A stretch of DNA of 64,000 nucleotides from Callorhinchus milii (Eukaryota). How positions within the stretch are numbered: the first letter of the stretch is position 1; each line of letters starts with the position of its first letter. Location of the stretch: positions 75,766,001 through 75,830,000 of the forward strand of contig NW_024704742.1 in the NCBI RefSeq assembly GCF_018977255.1, read 5' to 3'. This document shows, piece after piece, positions 28,606-41,748 of the stretch. The position numbers were made by a program, and so were the translations under genes. The notes below the pieces were generated by a model. The model saw only the letters and a list, made by a program, of their open reading frames with translations. It ran no database searches and was not told the DNA's origin.

Positions 28606-29799
28606 AAGCAATAAGCACCTCATCATCACCCTCGATGGTTCGATCATCTGCCCTGACAGTGAACCACAAAACCCTGCTCTCACTTCTCTCTCCTTTCCTC
28701 TCTGATTCTCTTACTCCCCCTTTCTCTCATACTCTTTCGCTCTTCTCGCTCTCAAACACTCTCTCTTTCCCGCACTCTCTGAATTGCTCTCCCTCCCTGC
28801 TCCCATTCACTCCCTCTCTCTTTCTCACAACCACTCTCTCCCACTCTTTCTCAATTACTCTCTCTCTCCTTTCTCTCTCTCAATCACTCTCTCCCCTCTT
28901 TCTGTCACTCACACTCTCCCCCCTCTCTCCCCTTCCCCTCATCCTCTCTCTCACACACACACTCTCCCCCTCTCTCTGAATCACTCTCTCATCCTCCCCC
29001 CTCCCCACCCTCTTTCTCTCACACACTCTCACTCTTTCTTTCTCACTCCCTCCCTCTCACTCTCTCTCACACTCATACTAGTCTTTGGGAGGGGAGAGAG
29101 ATACAGACAGTTTCTCATCATCAGCTGCCCGGAATCCAAAGTGTTTCTTGAGATTTTGTTGTTCATCAGTGATTGAGTGAGAGAGAGGGAATCAGAGAAA
29201 AGGGGTTGGTTTCTCAACATCATTTACCAGAATCGAAACTATTACTCCATATGCCCTGGTGTTGATCAGTGGGAGCTAGAGATAGAAAGTGAAAGGAGAG
29301 AGGAGAGGAAGGAAAGAAAAACAGAGAAGAGAGTGTATCAAAGCGAGAAGGACACTAAGTGTGAGAGAGAGAGAGAGAGAGAGTGTGTGTATGTGGATGT
29401 CTGAGAGGAGAGGGAGGAAAGAAAAAGAGGGAATGTGAAAGAGAGGGAGAATGTGAGTGAGAGAGAGAGAAATGAGACAAGGGACAGAGACGGTGTGTGT
29501 GTGTGTGAGAGAGAGGAGAGCCAGAGAAATGGAGTGAGAGAGAAGGAGGTAGAGAGAGAAGTGAGGGCAGTGTTTCGTGGTTGGTTCACTGTCAGGACAG
29601 ACAATCGGAGCCTCCCTCGGCCACGGATCGACAAGGACAGAGCCTGAGCGATGTGTCGTGCCCCTGGGAGACAACAATAAATGACATTTATATAGAGCCT
29701 TTCACGTCAGGAGGACATCCCAAGAGGAGACTGTGACGCTTCCCTGGTAGAGGAGTGTGTGTGTGAGCCAAGGGTGGGGAGCCTGGCCGGCCTGTCAGG

Positions 29800-30309
29800 A
29801 TGGGGTGCTGCGGCAGTAAGAAGGTCGGTGATCATTTGTCTCTGGAGAAGATCCTGGTGTATGAGGCTCCGGAGGTTCCTTCATCCAGAGACATTCTGTT
29901 GTACCGGGATGAGGAGGAACCCGAGGAGGAACTGGACCGGCACTTGGATGAGAACCAGTTCTTTTCCTACTTCTTCTCTGCGATAGACTATACTCCCCCT
30001 TTCCAGGGGGTCCTGAGCCGCTGGCAGAGTGAAGTGCAAAATGCCAAGCACGTAGGAGACGTGGACTGGCACCAGGTCTGGAAGTCCAGCGGCTACATCC
30101 ACACTTTGAAGCAGATGCGGAGCCTGATCGAAGCCAAGCGTTTGACCCAGACCTAGCTGAGGGCACTCGGGGCGTGGTCGGAGCAGGTGGTGAAGCGCAG
30201 GCAGATGGAGTACACGCAGGCGTGGAAGTGGGGCAAAGCCGATGCCGGTCACTTCAAGGTTTTGGAAACTTGGAAAGAGCTGCACAGAGCAGTGCAAGGG
30301 CGGTGGTAG
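29800..30309 (+). pseudogene. Paralog of the MGCCGSKK ORF with a premature stop at codon 119 (TGG>TAG, 30154-30156)
   Basis: Colinear with 53149-53658. I count 8 substitutions: 2 synonymous, 5 missense, 1 nonsense. The frame stays open to the shared TAG at 30307-30309. Confidence 0.65.
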
Positions 30310-30377
30310 GGCAGAGGAGCGATGCGAAACCCCCTCCTCCCTCCCCCAACCCACCCCCAGAGGAGAAGCTGATTGGG

Positions 30378-30825
30378 TGTGTCAGCCTGGCTCAGTTGGT
30401 AGCACTCTTGTCTCTGAGTCAGAAGGTTGCGAGTTCAAGCCCCACATTGGGACTTGGAATCACATAGCCTAAGCTGACACTCCAAAGTAGTGCTGGGGGA
30501 GCGCTGCATTGTCGGAGGCGCTGTGTTCGGATGGTACGTTAAGATGAGGCCCCGTTTGCCTGACATTAAAGATCCCTCGTCGCTGTTCAAAATGAGAAGG
30601 GAATTTCTCTCTCTCCCGGTGCTGTGGCCAACAATTATCCCTCAGATAAAATTGGTCAGTCATTCCATAGCTGTTTGCGGGACACTGCTGTGTGCAAATA
30701 GGCTGCCGGTTTTCGCCCACAAAATACAGTCAATCCACTTTACAGCGTATCCTGTGAAGCACTTTGAGATGTGTCGACCGAATGATAAAGCACTATATCA
30801 AATGCAAGGATTATTATTATTATTA
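30378..30825 (+). mobile_element. tRNA-derived SINE (family B, DeuSINE-like), near full length. Others at about 46985-47485(+), 57190-57540(-) and 62840-63255(-)
   Basis: A box TGGCTCAGTTGG, B box GGTTGCGAGTTCAAGCC, central Deu-like core and (TTA)n tail. Confidence 0.85.
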
Positions 30826-33193
30826 AACACCCCCGACCCACCCCAGGGTGAGACTGATTCCCCCACCTCCAACTCACCCCCAGGAGGAAGGGGAATTTGG
30901 TGATGGCGGCTTCACAGTTTTAGCTGGTTAGAGGCCAGCAGTTACCTTAATGCAGGATTGGCCAATACGTTAGCCACTGACCACATGTGTCGAATCGGGA
31001 ATCCAGATGTGGTGAAATTGCATTTTTGATTAGTCAGGAAAAAAAAGTAATAGAAAATAATAACAATAACAAATTGCATTTATTTAGCACCTTTCATGTT
31101 GGGCGGATGTCCCGAGGCACTAGACAATGAGGAGTTTGCACATAAGCTGTGGATATGGATCAGAATGGGAAGATGACCAAATGCACGGTCGAAAAGGAAG
31201 GTCTTGAGATGGGCCTTGAAGGAGGCAAGGGAGGGGATGAAGCGGAGGGACTCTAGGATGGAGTTCCAGAGGGTGGGGGCAGAAAGGCTGAAGGCCCGAC
31301 CACCAATGGTAGAGCAGGCAAGTGGGTGACGTGGAGCAGGCCAGTGCCCATCAAGCAGAGGGAGTGGACGGGTTTAATAGACCCCATCGTCACGTGTATA
31401 ATCTCAATCTTCGTGATTGCACGACCCATGTGTGTGAACTTTGACCTCTGTGCACTCGTCAGTAAAATGTTGAGATGAAAAGAATCATGCGTAAGCTTTT
31501 TTTATGATCGATATGCGTGTGCTTTACTTCCTCAGTAACTGCTTACGGATTATCTGATGTGTAACACGCGTGAAAAAATGCCGGTTCGCGAAATAAAAGC
31601 AGATGTTTGTTCAATAAATAATACGTGCAAATCTCCATGTGAAGTGCATTTACCTGTATTGTGTGAGTGCTTGTCAGGCGTTTGCTGCTAAAATCAGTGC
31701 TTGTGGCTAAACGGTGTCTATTGGGGAGCACTGCCCTCACTCACACTCTGGGGTCTCCCCAGCCCAAGCCTCAGCTCTTGTCAGCCTGAGCCCAAATACT
31801 CCAGAATTATGGGCGCCTTGTTCTTGTCGTAAGAATGAGGGGCTGTGCCAATGTGCATCTGCTCTGCCGCACCACAGGAAACAACTGGACATTTCTACCT
31901 CTCTCACTGTCGCTGCTATGAAAAGCGAGTCATGGTGTTCCTCCGGAAGAGCAAAGTGCGTTTTGCAATCATCTTACGCCCTGGTAGTTTTCTAAACGTG
32001 CTTTCTGTTCCAGCTGCACAGAGAGACAAGGTGTAACCAGATACTCTGTGCATGCAGAAATAAGGCAAGGAAACGGCTCTGAGGTTGTGATAACCAAATG
32101 ATTGTGTGGCTGTGGATAGGTCAGGAACATAGTCAGCAAATACCTATAAGTACCTTTTGGCTGTCTGGATTCCCTATTTGAGAAATGTCTGAGGGCCCCA
32201 TAAGCAATACTTTAGTGTTTCCCTTCCAGAAACATTTACACAGCATTTTTTTCATGTTGGAAGTTTCATTTTGAAACTTTCCCACACACACTCTCAATTG
32301 TTCTCTCTCACTCCTCTCTCTCACCCTCTCTGTCTGAATCTCTCTCTTTCAATCAGACGTGAGGCTCACTGTGTGGCAGCGGGAACAACTACTTTTCCGG
32401 ACATTGGAGGACATGGTTGTTAAGGAGCCCTGCTTACTGTCCCCTCATCTCCAGAGGGGCTTCCTGATAGATTGCAGCAATGGGCGATTTTCTTTCCACT
32501 CCCCAAGCATTACTGTCATGAAGGAACGGTTCATTGGTGGGGGGAAGAGGGAGGAAACGGGCGGAGGGAGGGAACGGGTGCCCCGAAGTTGGGAATGATT
32601 TGGTGGCCGGATGATGTCATCTCCTGGGTCAAATGTGTGGGGCACCAATTGGACCACTCTGGCCTAGACTATTGAGTTCAAAGTTCCAAGTGTTACCAAT
32701 CATGTTACCAACCAAGCCAGACTGACATTAGAAATACTATAGTCCTTTGCTGTCACATAAACCATAATTTATTCTGCTAAACACATCTGTATTTATGGCT
32801 ATGTGTGCTCCTACTGCAGTGAACTGCTTGTCGGGACATGCAATTTGTACAAAAAACCCCTATCACTGGCAGGTAAGTGACAAATGCTTTTAGTCATTGT
32901 GTGACTTTCTTCACAATTAGTCTTACTTTAATGAGATAAAGATTGAGGATGAAGGTTAAAGGACTCTAGTTTAAATCGTTGGGATATAATCCATTATATT
33001 CCCATATGTCATCCAAGATTCCAAACCCACTAAAACCTATTTCTGACCTTGTCTTCACATCCATTTCTGAAGTTCTGATACAATATAAATTTACATTTAT
33101 ATAGTGCCTTTTACATCAGAATATTCCAAAGCTCTTCTGATGTGAGGCATAAACCCATAATCTATTGAGCCAGAGTGCTTCCAGACTAATGCT

Positions 33194-36100
33194 GCAACTG
33201 AGGAAGCTCCAGCTTAGAATAGCTGAGCCGTTCCTAGTCACGGACAGGACTGGGTGACGGTCAGACAGACGGGTAAGGGGACCCAAAAGAGACGGGCAGA
33301 GGAACCCCAGGCTTTAACCTTGTCCATAAGGTATGAAATACTTGCAACCTGTGTGGACAAGGAAGATGGACAAACTTACCCCAACACCTCTATACAAGAG
33401 GCCACACAAAGGGGAATAGTCAGAAGGAATACAGTGGTAATTGGGGATGAGACAGTCAGGAAGACTGATGCGCTTTTCTGCAGCCGAAGCAGGGAGACAG
33501 GAAGACTCTGCTGCCTTCCTGGGGCCAGGGTGAAGGATGTCACTTCCGGGCTGGAGAAAAATTTGAAGCAGGAGGGAGTGGATCCAATTGTTATGATTCA
33601 CACAGGGACCAATGATGTAGGTAGGACCGGTAGGGATGAGTTGAGGAGCAAGTTCCAAGAATTGGGAGTTAAGCTAAATAGTAGAACTTGGAAGATATTA
33701 ATATCGGGATTACTACCTGAGCCAGGGGCAAATTGGTACAGGCAAAAAAAAATTAAAGAACTGAATACCTGGCTAAAAGAGTGGTGCGGAAGGCAGGGGT
33801 TTCACTTTATGGACCACTGGCACCAGTATTGGGAATGGACTCCACCTAAACAGGGCTGGGATAAATGTCCTGGCGACACGAATAAATAGGGAGGTAGACA
33901 GGGCTTTAAACTACTAATGGAGGGGGTGGGGGGCTAAAATCTATCACAATGTAACCTGTCACAAGTAAAAATAGGACCGATGAAAGTGGGAGAGCAGATT
34001 AACGAGGGAGATGAGCAAAGTGTGTCAAGCGGGGAAAAGAAGCCCAGGGATAGGGTATTGGTGAATAGGACTAATAGCCTGAAGTCAGAATTAAGGGCAC
34101 TGTATCTGAATGTGCGAAGCATTCGAAACAAGATAGATGAACTAACTGCACAAATAGAAACAAATGGGTATGATCTGGTAGCCATACCGAGGCATGGTTA
34201 CAGGGAGATCAAGGGTGGGAGCTAAATATTCCAGAGTACGTGGTTCATAGAAAAGATAGGCAATGTGGTAAACAAGCGGGGGGGTGGCCCTGCTAATAAA
34301 GGATGGGATAAAAACAGTAGAGAGGAAAGATTTTAAATCAGAAAAGCAGGAAGTAGAGTCAGTATGGGTAGAAGTAAGTAACAGCAAGGGGCAGAAAACT
34401 CTAGTGGGAGTAGTTTATAGACCCCCGAACAGCAGTCACAGTATCTCTCAAGGTATAAATCAGGAAATTAGCAGAGCATGTAGCAAAGGAAAAACATTAA
34501 TTGTGGGTGATTTTAATCTGCATATAGATTGGGACAACCAAATTGGGAAAAGTAAGATAGAGGAAGAGTTTATAGAATGTATTAGGGATAATTATCTAGA
34601 TCAGTATGCCAAGGAGCCAACCAGGGAACAGGCCATATTAGACCTTGTTTTGTGCAATGAAGCAGGGCTGATCAGCAAACTGGAAATTAAGGCTCCTCTG
34701 GGGCAAAGTGATCAAAATACGATGGAATTTAGCATTAAGTTAGAGAGCGAAATAGTTAATTCCGAAGCAAAGGTCTTAAATTTAAGTAGAGCCAACTTTG
34801 CTGGTATGAGAGAGGATTTAGCTAAAAAATGCTGGAAAATTAGACTTAAGGATTTGACAGTAGACCAGCAATAGCAGAAATTTAAGGAGATAGTGCAAAA
34901 TTCCCAGCGAGCACGTATTCCTTTGAGGAATAAGAATGCCACGGGAAAGGTGGCCCAACCGTGGCTAACTAGAGCAGTTAGGGAAAGTATAAAGTTAAAG
35001 GAAGAAGCCTATAAAACAGCTAAGATGAGTAGTAAACCCGAGGATTGGGAGAACTTTAGGGATCAACAAAGGAGAACCAAAAAAGTGATTAAGAGGGAGA
35101 AAATGGAATATGAGGGCAAACTAGCAAGAACATAAAGACAGACTGCAAGAGTTTTTATAAATATATAAAGAGGAAGAGGCTGTCAAAGGTAAATGTGGGT
35201 CCGTTACAGGCAGAGACGGGGGAATTATAGTAGGGGACAAAGACATGGCAGAGTCATTAAACAAGTACTTTGCTACTGTCTTCACCTTAGAAGACACTGA
35301 AAACCTACCAAGAATAGAGGGGAACCAAGAAGACAATGTTAGGGAGCAACTTGGGGAATTAATATTAGTAAAGAAATGGTTTTAGGTAAATTGTCAGGTC
35401 TTAAAACTGATAAATCCCTGGACCTGATGGCCTACATCCTAGGGTTTTAAAAGAGGTGGCTACTGAGATAGTGGATGGCTTGTCTTTGATCTTCCAAAAT
35501 TCTCTGGATTCTGGAACGGTTCCCATTGATTGGAAGATTGCAAACGTAACACCACTATTTAAGAAGGGTGGGAGAGAAAAGATGGGGAACTATAGACCAG
35601 TTAGTCTGACATCAGTGGTAGGGAAAATTCTTGAGTCCTTAATTAAGGATGTCGTTATGGGATTCCTGGAAGACCATAACAAGATTAGGCAGAGTCAACA
35701 TGGCTTTACAAAAGGGAAGTCATGCTTAACTAATCTTTTAGAGTTTTTTGAAGATGTATCCAGCAGGTTAGATAGGGGGAACCAGTAGATGTAGTATATT
35801 TAGATTTTAAAAAGGCATTTGACAAAGTGCCACACAAAAGGCTATTGCACAAGGTTAAGGCCCACGGGATTAATGGGAACATATTAGCATGGATTGAAGA
35901 GTGGCTAACGGGTAGAAAACAGAGAGTAGGGATAAACGGGTCATTCTCGAATTGGCAGGATGTGACTAGTGGAGTGCCACAAGGATCAGTGGTTGGGCCT
36001 CAGCTATTTACAATTTACATCAATGATCCAGACGAGGACATTGAATGTAACGTATCTAAATTCGCGACACTAAACTAGGTGGGAGAGTAAGTTCTGAGGA

Positions 36101-36883
36101 TGATGCAAAAAGCTTGCAACGGGATATAGATAGGCTCGGGGAGTGGGCGAGTAGGTGGCAGATGGAATTTAATGTGGGGAAGTGTGAAGTTATTCACCTA
36201 GGTAGCAAAAATAGAAAAACAGATTATTTTCTAGAGGGGGAGAGATTAGATAGTGTTAGTGTTCAGAGGGATTTGGGTGTCCTTGTACACCAGTCTCAAA
36301 AAGTTAGTTTGCAGGTGCAGCAAGCAACTAAGAAGGCGAACGGCATGTTAGTGTTCATTGCAAAAGGTTTAGAATACAAGAGTAGGGAAGTCCTGCTGCA
36401 ACTGTATAGGGCCTTGGTGAGTCCGCACCTAGAGTATTGTGTGCAGTTTTGGTCTCCTTATTTAAAAAAGGACATACTTGCCCTCGAGGGGGTGCAGCGT
36501 AGATTCACTCGGTTAGTTCCTGGGGTGAGGGGACTGACCTATGAAGATAGGCTGAATAAACTAGGGCTGTATTCTCTACAGTACAGAAGAATTAGGGGAG
36601 ATCTTATTGAAACATATAAGATTCTTAAAAGGCTCGATAAAGTAGACACTGAGGGACTGTTTCCCCTGGTTTATGGAATTCACTACCCCAGAAGGCTGTA
36701 GATGCTCAGTCCTTGAACATTTTTTAAGGCTGAGACTGATAGATTTTTAAAAAATAGAGGGATTAGGGGATTTGGGGATAGAGCAGGTAACGAGAGTTAG
36801 GTCTGAAGATCAGCCATGATCTTATCGAATAGTGGGGCAGGCTCGAGGGGTCGAATGGCCTACTCCTACTCCTAATTCTTATG
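33194..36883 (+). mobile_element. CR1-clade LINE, long 5'-truncated degenerate copy (ORF1 esterase; ORF2 endonuclease and RT)
   Basis: ORF1 with SGNH-esterase-like motifs (VVIGD, CLPGARVKD, IHTGTND). ORF2 pieces GVVYRPP, IVGDFN, ILDLVL, YRPVSLTS, GVPQGSV, HLEYCVQFWSP, broken by frameshifts and stops. CR1-type 3' end; possible TSD TAATGCT at 33187-33193 and 36884-36890. Confidence 0.95.
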
Positions 36884-37719
36884 TAATGCTTCATTTGTGT
36901 TACACTTTATTGTGTCACTTAATCGATGCAAATGCAGTGCCTTCCAATATTCAGTATTGGTGTCTCTGAAACCAGCAATGTTGAGGATTGTTGTTCAGCG
37001 TGGAGTGTGGATCCACTATTGAGCCCTACTGTTATATAATGCAGTTTTGTAACGCTATTGTTCATCTGATGTGAACAGTCTGTACTGCTTCCAAAGCATT
37101 TTGATGGGCTCGTGATGGAAACAGGAACAAAACAATGTGTTGGGATATTGGGTTATACTAACCTTTCCTCATTGCATCACATCAATGTGTGTGAGGGTGG
37201 GGGGGGAGATGGGGTTTGGGTGAGTGTCTGAAATGTAATGCCTCCATGCAGAGTTTGGGGCATTCACAGAAGATAATGCCAGAGTTATTAATGAGCTCGT
37301 GGCATGACCAACTCATTAATAGAATTTTAAAAACTGCCCATTAAAAGTGCATAATTAAACTGAACTCAGCATCAAGTAAGATCTTATCAATAGCATTTTC
37401 ATAGCACCTTCTCGTGCTGAAATGGCAGTAATTAGTCAGTGCCAAGGTTCTCTGTCTGCAAGATCAAGGTTTGACATTAACCACCGATTGTGGACATCCA
37501 GCAACCATGGCAATCTTTATTATTAGAGTGCTCTTTGGAAAGATCAGTCTTTGAAATCCAATTTATGCAGTGGGTCAGAAAAATAGTGTCAGCTGATACC
37601 ATTCTCAAAGAATGATAACAATCTATGAGAAGTCTCAAAGACATGATAAGGTGCGATATCAAATCCAAGATTATTATTATTCAGTTCTGATATGAGATCA
37701 TCTGAACCTAGTCCTTCAC

Positions 37720-38438
37720 GTGCACTTCTCTACCTCACCCCTTACGCTGCTAAAACCCTGGTCCACGCCTTTGTCACCTCAAGCCTGGACTATGGGAACT
37801 CTCTCCTCACCGGCCTTCCCGGCACCTCCCTCCACAAGCTGCAGGTCATTCAGAACTCTGCAGCTCGTGTACTGTCCCGCACCAGGCTTCGCGACCACAT
37901 CACTCCCACCCTCGCTCGCCTCCACTGGCTCCCCATCCCCCAGTGGATTGATTTCAAGATCCTCATCCTCACCTATAAGGCCATCCACGGCCTTGCTCCC
38001 TCCTACCTCTCCAACCTACTATCCCCCTACCTATCTGCCTGTACCCTCCGTTCCTCCGGCTCCGGTCTGCTCCACGTCCCCCGCCCCAATCGCCCTACCA
38101 TCGGTGGTCGGGCCTTCAGCCTCTCAGCCCCCAGGCTCTGGAACTCCATCCCCAGTGCCTTCGCCGCTTCCTCCCTCTCCTCCTTCAAGGCCGGTCTCAA
38201 AACCTTTCTCTTTGACCGAGCCTTCAGCTCCCCTCTCGACTCTCTTCCCCCTCCTCGCTCCCTCCCTTCCCTCCCCTCACCCTGACCATTTCCCCCCTCC
38301 TCGCTCCCTCCCTTCCCTCCCCTCACCCTGACCATTTCCCCCCTACTCCGCTCCCGACCCAACTGTGCAGCGCCTTGGGACGTCCTCCTGACGTGAAAGG
38401 CGCTTTATAAATGTAATCTTGTTGTTGTTGTTGTTGTT
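37720..38438 (+). mobile_element. L2 3' fragment (young subfamily)
   Basis: LVHAFVTSSLDYGNSLL...LHWLPIPQ...APRLWNSIP with a (TTG)n tail; nearly the reverse complement of 23065-23745. Confidence 0.9.
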
Positions 38439-39998
38439 CTCTTTTCAGGCATTTACTACACTCTGACCTTAAATTAGCCAGGAGAACACCTGAAAATGGG
38501 CCTTTTAACAATAGCTTCTATAGCAGGTGATTCCAAAAGTACTTCATGTTTGAAGTACTACCCATCTACCTCAACTTTTCCTTTGATGGAAAGGGATAAA
38601 TGGACCATTCAAAAAAAGATTTTTATTGCAGTTTGGTTAATTAAAATAACTAATGCTTCTCATTTGATTTGCAGGGAGCAGTGGTGCCAGCTGATGCACT
38701 GTAGAACTTGTTTTGTTGGACCAGATTGTAATTTATCGTGCTCCAGTATTAATACGAGCAGTCAACTCAACTACAGTGAATGTGACAGTAACTTTGTATA
38801 CCTCCCTCGCGGGCTCAGGCCAATTCCAGTGATAATGGCAATCAAAGCATCTTCCCAGTAGAATGTCTCAATATTTATACGGAAAAGGATTTTCAATCAG
38901 ACAGAAATAGTATTCCAACTTTCCTTCCAGGTGATGATTAGAAATACAAAAGCATTTAATAATATCCTTGCATTTGATATAGCACTTTACCATGTCATTG
39001 AAATGTCTCAATGCGCTTCACAGAATGTACACTGTAAGTGAACTGTGTATTTTGTAAATGTGGTAGCAAATTGCGCACAGCGATGTCCCACAAACAGTCG
39101 CGTGGGATTGAAATTTAAATAAAAAGGAAGTAATAATACATATAATAGTAATCCTTGCATTTGATATAGTGCTTTTCATGACATCTCAAAGTGCTTCACA
39201 GAATATACTGTAAAGTGAATTGACTGTATATTTGTGGGTGAAACCCAACAGCCAATTGTGCACAGCAGTGTCCCACAAACAGTCGTGGATTGAAGTGATC
39301 AATTTATCATTGTTTTTTTTCTTGAGGATTATTATCAAGGCATGTGGAGTAAGGAAACTCGCTTGCGAGACGAGTGCTCTAACCACTGAGCTACAGAACT
39401 CCCAGTAGAATAACAATGCTTATTTATTACTTAATTGTTTGCTTTGTAACATTGGGTGAGATAATAATAATCCTTGCATTTGATATAGCACCAGAAGAGA
39501 ATGAACCACAGATTTCATAAAATGAGAAAGAAATGTAGATTTTGAAGTAGTGTAATAATAATCCTGCACTTGGTATAGTGCCTTTCATATCTGAAAGACA
39601 TCTCAAAGCACTTCACAGGATTTATTGCAATGTTTAATGACTGTGTAGCTGTAGGTTCATCTGCAGAAGTAGCAACAGTCGTGAAGTCCATGAACCATGC
39701 AGCCCAAAGAGAAGGATCTGGCCTTTCTTTATGGCACCAAGTAATATTAGTTTATTCTCAACAAATACAATTAAGACTGCCCACAACTGGACTGGGGAAT
39801 TGAAGGCAATTTTACACCTGAGAATTGGACTGAGACTGCTGAATGTATATTCATTAGCAGTTATAAAGTTATAGAGCCTGCATTCAAGCAGTAAAATATA
39901 CAGAGTCCTCGCCCGCTCTTAACAACCTAACACAAATCCCCAAACATTCAAAACATAAAATGAAAAACACAAGTTTGTGTAAGTATCTTCCAATAGTT

Positions 39999-40146
39999 CT
40001 ATGAAAATTTCTTCATGAAGCAAAGTTTTGCATATGAAATCATCAGGAAAATAACCATCATTAATATTAATGCCACGTGATTCTGCCACAAGCCCCAAGC
40101 AGTTGCATCAATTCCTTGACTGTGAAGGTATTGTTCTCCAGTGCAT
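39999..40146 (-). CDS. ABCG2: ABCG2 last coding exon (TM6) with stop
   Basis: CTGEQYLHSQGIDATAWGLWQNHVALILMMVIFLMISYAKLCFMKKFS then TAG. Confidence 0.97.
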
Positions 40147-40439
40147 CTATAAGAGACAGAAGTCATAATACTTGGTCATAAAATATAATTATTTGTGGGT
40201 GCATAGATGCATTTTTACTATTCTATTACCCTCCTAACATTTTGATTTGATTGACTGTATTGTTTGTCTTTGCATACCCAATGATCATTTCTACCTTTTC
40301 ATAGGTAATAGTGGAAAAAGTGTGTGTAAAGATCAAAGGGGAAGGAAAGCCTGTGGTACTGATGTTGCTTTAGACTCCCCTCTTATCCACTAGGCTGGTC
40401 CAGTAATGTGAACCCACCAGAGGGCTTCCATTTGCTTTT

Positions 40440-40634
40440 GCTGTGTATGGGGGTGAGGAGGAGGAGTGCTGTGTATGGGGGTGAGGAGGAGGAGTGCTGT
40501 GTATGGGGGTGAGGAGTGCTGTGTATGGGGGTGAGGAGTGCTGTGTATGGGGGTGAGGAGTGCTGTGTATGGGGGTGAGGAGTGCTGTGTATGGGGGTGA
40601 GGAGTGCTGTGTATGGGGGTGAGGAGGAGGAGTG
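40440..40634. repeat. 22-bp minisatellite (GCTGTGTATGGGGGTGAGGAGT), about 8 copies
   Basis: Tandem units in the last ABCG2 intron. Confidence 0.95.
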
Positions 40635-41647
40635 TTCATCTCATACACTGGAAGATGATCAGAGGCCTGAAATTACACCTAATCTTACTCTGGGAGACAA
40701 TTCTGCTCAGTTTCTGACAGTGCTTTGCCTCAGAGAGGCAGAATCAGCAATAACAAGTGGTATTTGTAACATTTTTTTGCATGTTCTTCCTGAGGAAAAT
40801 GATGCAAGATAAAACCTCCCCAAAGCTCCTCAGCTGACAAAGTTAGAGGCAGAGTAAAGTTTGAGGCAATAAACTAAATCTACATGTTCAAACATCACCA
40901 TAAAACCACACGGTGTAGGCTCATAGAATGCTTTGAACTCGAGCAAACTATACAACAATATAAATTTATATATTGCCTTTAAACACAAGTGGGTGGGGAG
41001 GGAAAAGGTGACCAAAGGGTGCAGTCAGAGATAGTTCTTGAGATGGATCTTGAAGGAAGTGAGGAAGGGAGCGAATTGGAGGGCTCTAGGATTGAGATTG
41101 AGGGCAGATAGGCGGAAAGCCTATATAAATATACTAGCTGTACCCGTTGCAGTTTTGCTTGCAACCAAAGGATCCAATATGGAATGTAGATTGACACAGA
41201 GACAGACACACCGACAGACATTTCATCTTTATCTATAGTCATTTGGGAAGACTCAAGTGGGAGGACTCCTTTTGGGAGGACTCAATGAGAGGACTTGGAG
41301 CTTTAAAAATGTAATTTTGTTGTTGTTGCCGCGACTTAGCTTCGTCTGTGTTCTTTATTTTGTTTCCGCCGCTTGGTTACGTGCATGCTCTGTGACGCAG
41401 GATGCAAGATGCCACAGAGCCACAGTCACCAGCCACCAGGTGAGTTCAAATCTTGATGTGGGACTTGAACCCACAATCTTCTGCCTCAGAGGCGAGAGTG
41501 ATACTGCGCCAAATAACACACTAGCTGCATACAATCTGTATATACTATCACTATCTTTGCAGATGTTAATACAGACTGGTGGGATACTCGGATTGTAAGT
41601 TATATTAACAACTCTGTATTACCTTATCAAAAATAAGACCAACTTAC

Positions 41648-41748
41648 ATAATAAATTCGGGACCCGGGTGACACTTGCTTCCAATAGTATGTAACTGGTG
41701 AGAATTGTTACAAAACTTTAGACCAGTAAATTCATTTATCTGCAGAGC
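41648..41748 (-). CDS. ABCG2: ABCG2 exon 15 equivalent (extracellular loop 3)
   Basis: 101 bp: ALQINEFTGLKFCNNSHQLHTIGSKCHPGPEFII, with loop cysteines and an N-x-S sequon; the phase fits the last exon. Confidence 0.93.

Larger units (their letters stand above)
27793..30476 (+). repeat. Local duplication, copy A (probable donor)
   Basis: Matches 51142-53825 at a constant offset of 23349. Both ends fall inside SINE sequence that continues into the flanks here. Confidence 0.96.

Noticed and set aside
28635..29677. Leu/Ser-rich and Arg/Glu-rich ORFs here and at 51984-53026
   Set aside because: Translations of the CT and GA low-complexity tracts.
33254..33889. Stand-alone SGNH esterase gene
   Set aside because: It is ORF1 of the CR1 element and is frameshifted at its end.
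39423..39626. ABCG2 poly(A) signals (minus-strand AATAAA at 39621-39626 and 39423-39428)
   Set aside because: Plausible, but they lie in AT-rich or SINE-derived sequence and I cannot choose between them without transcript data.
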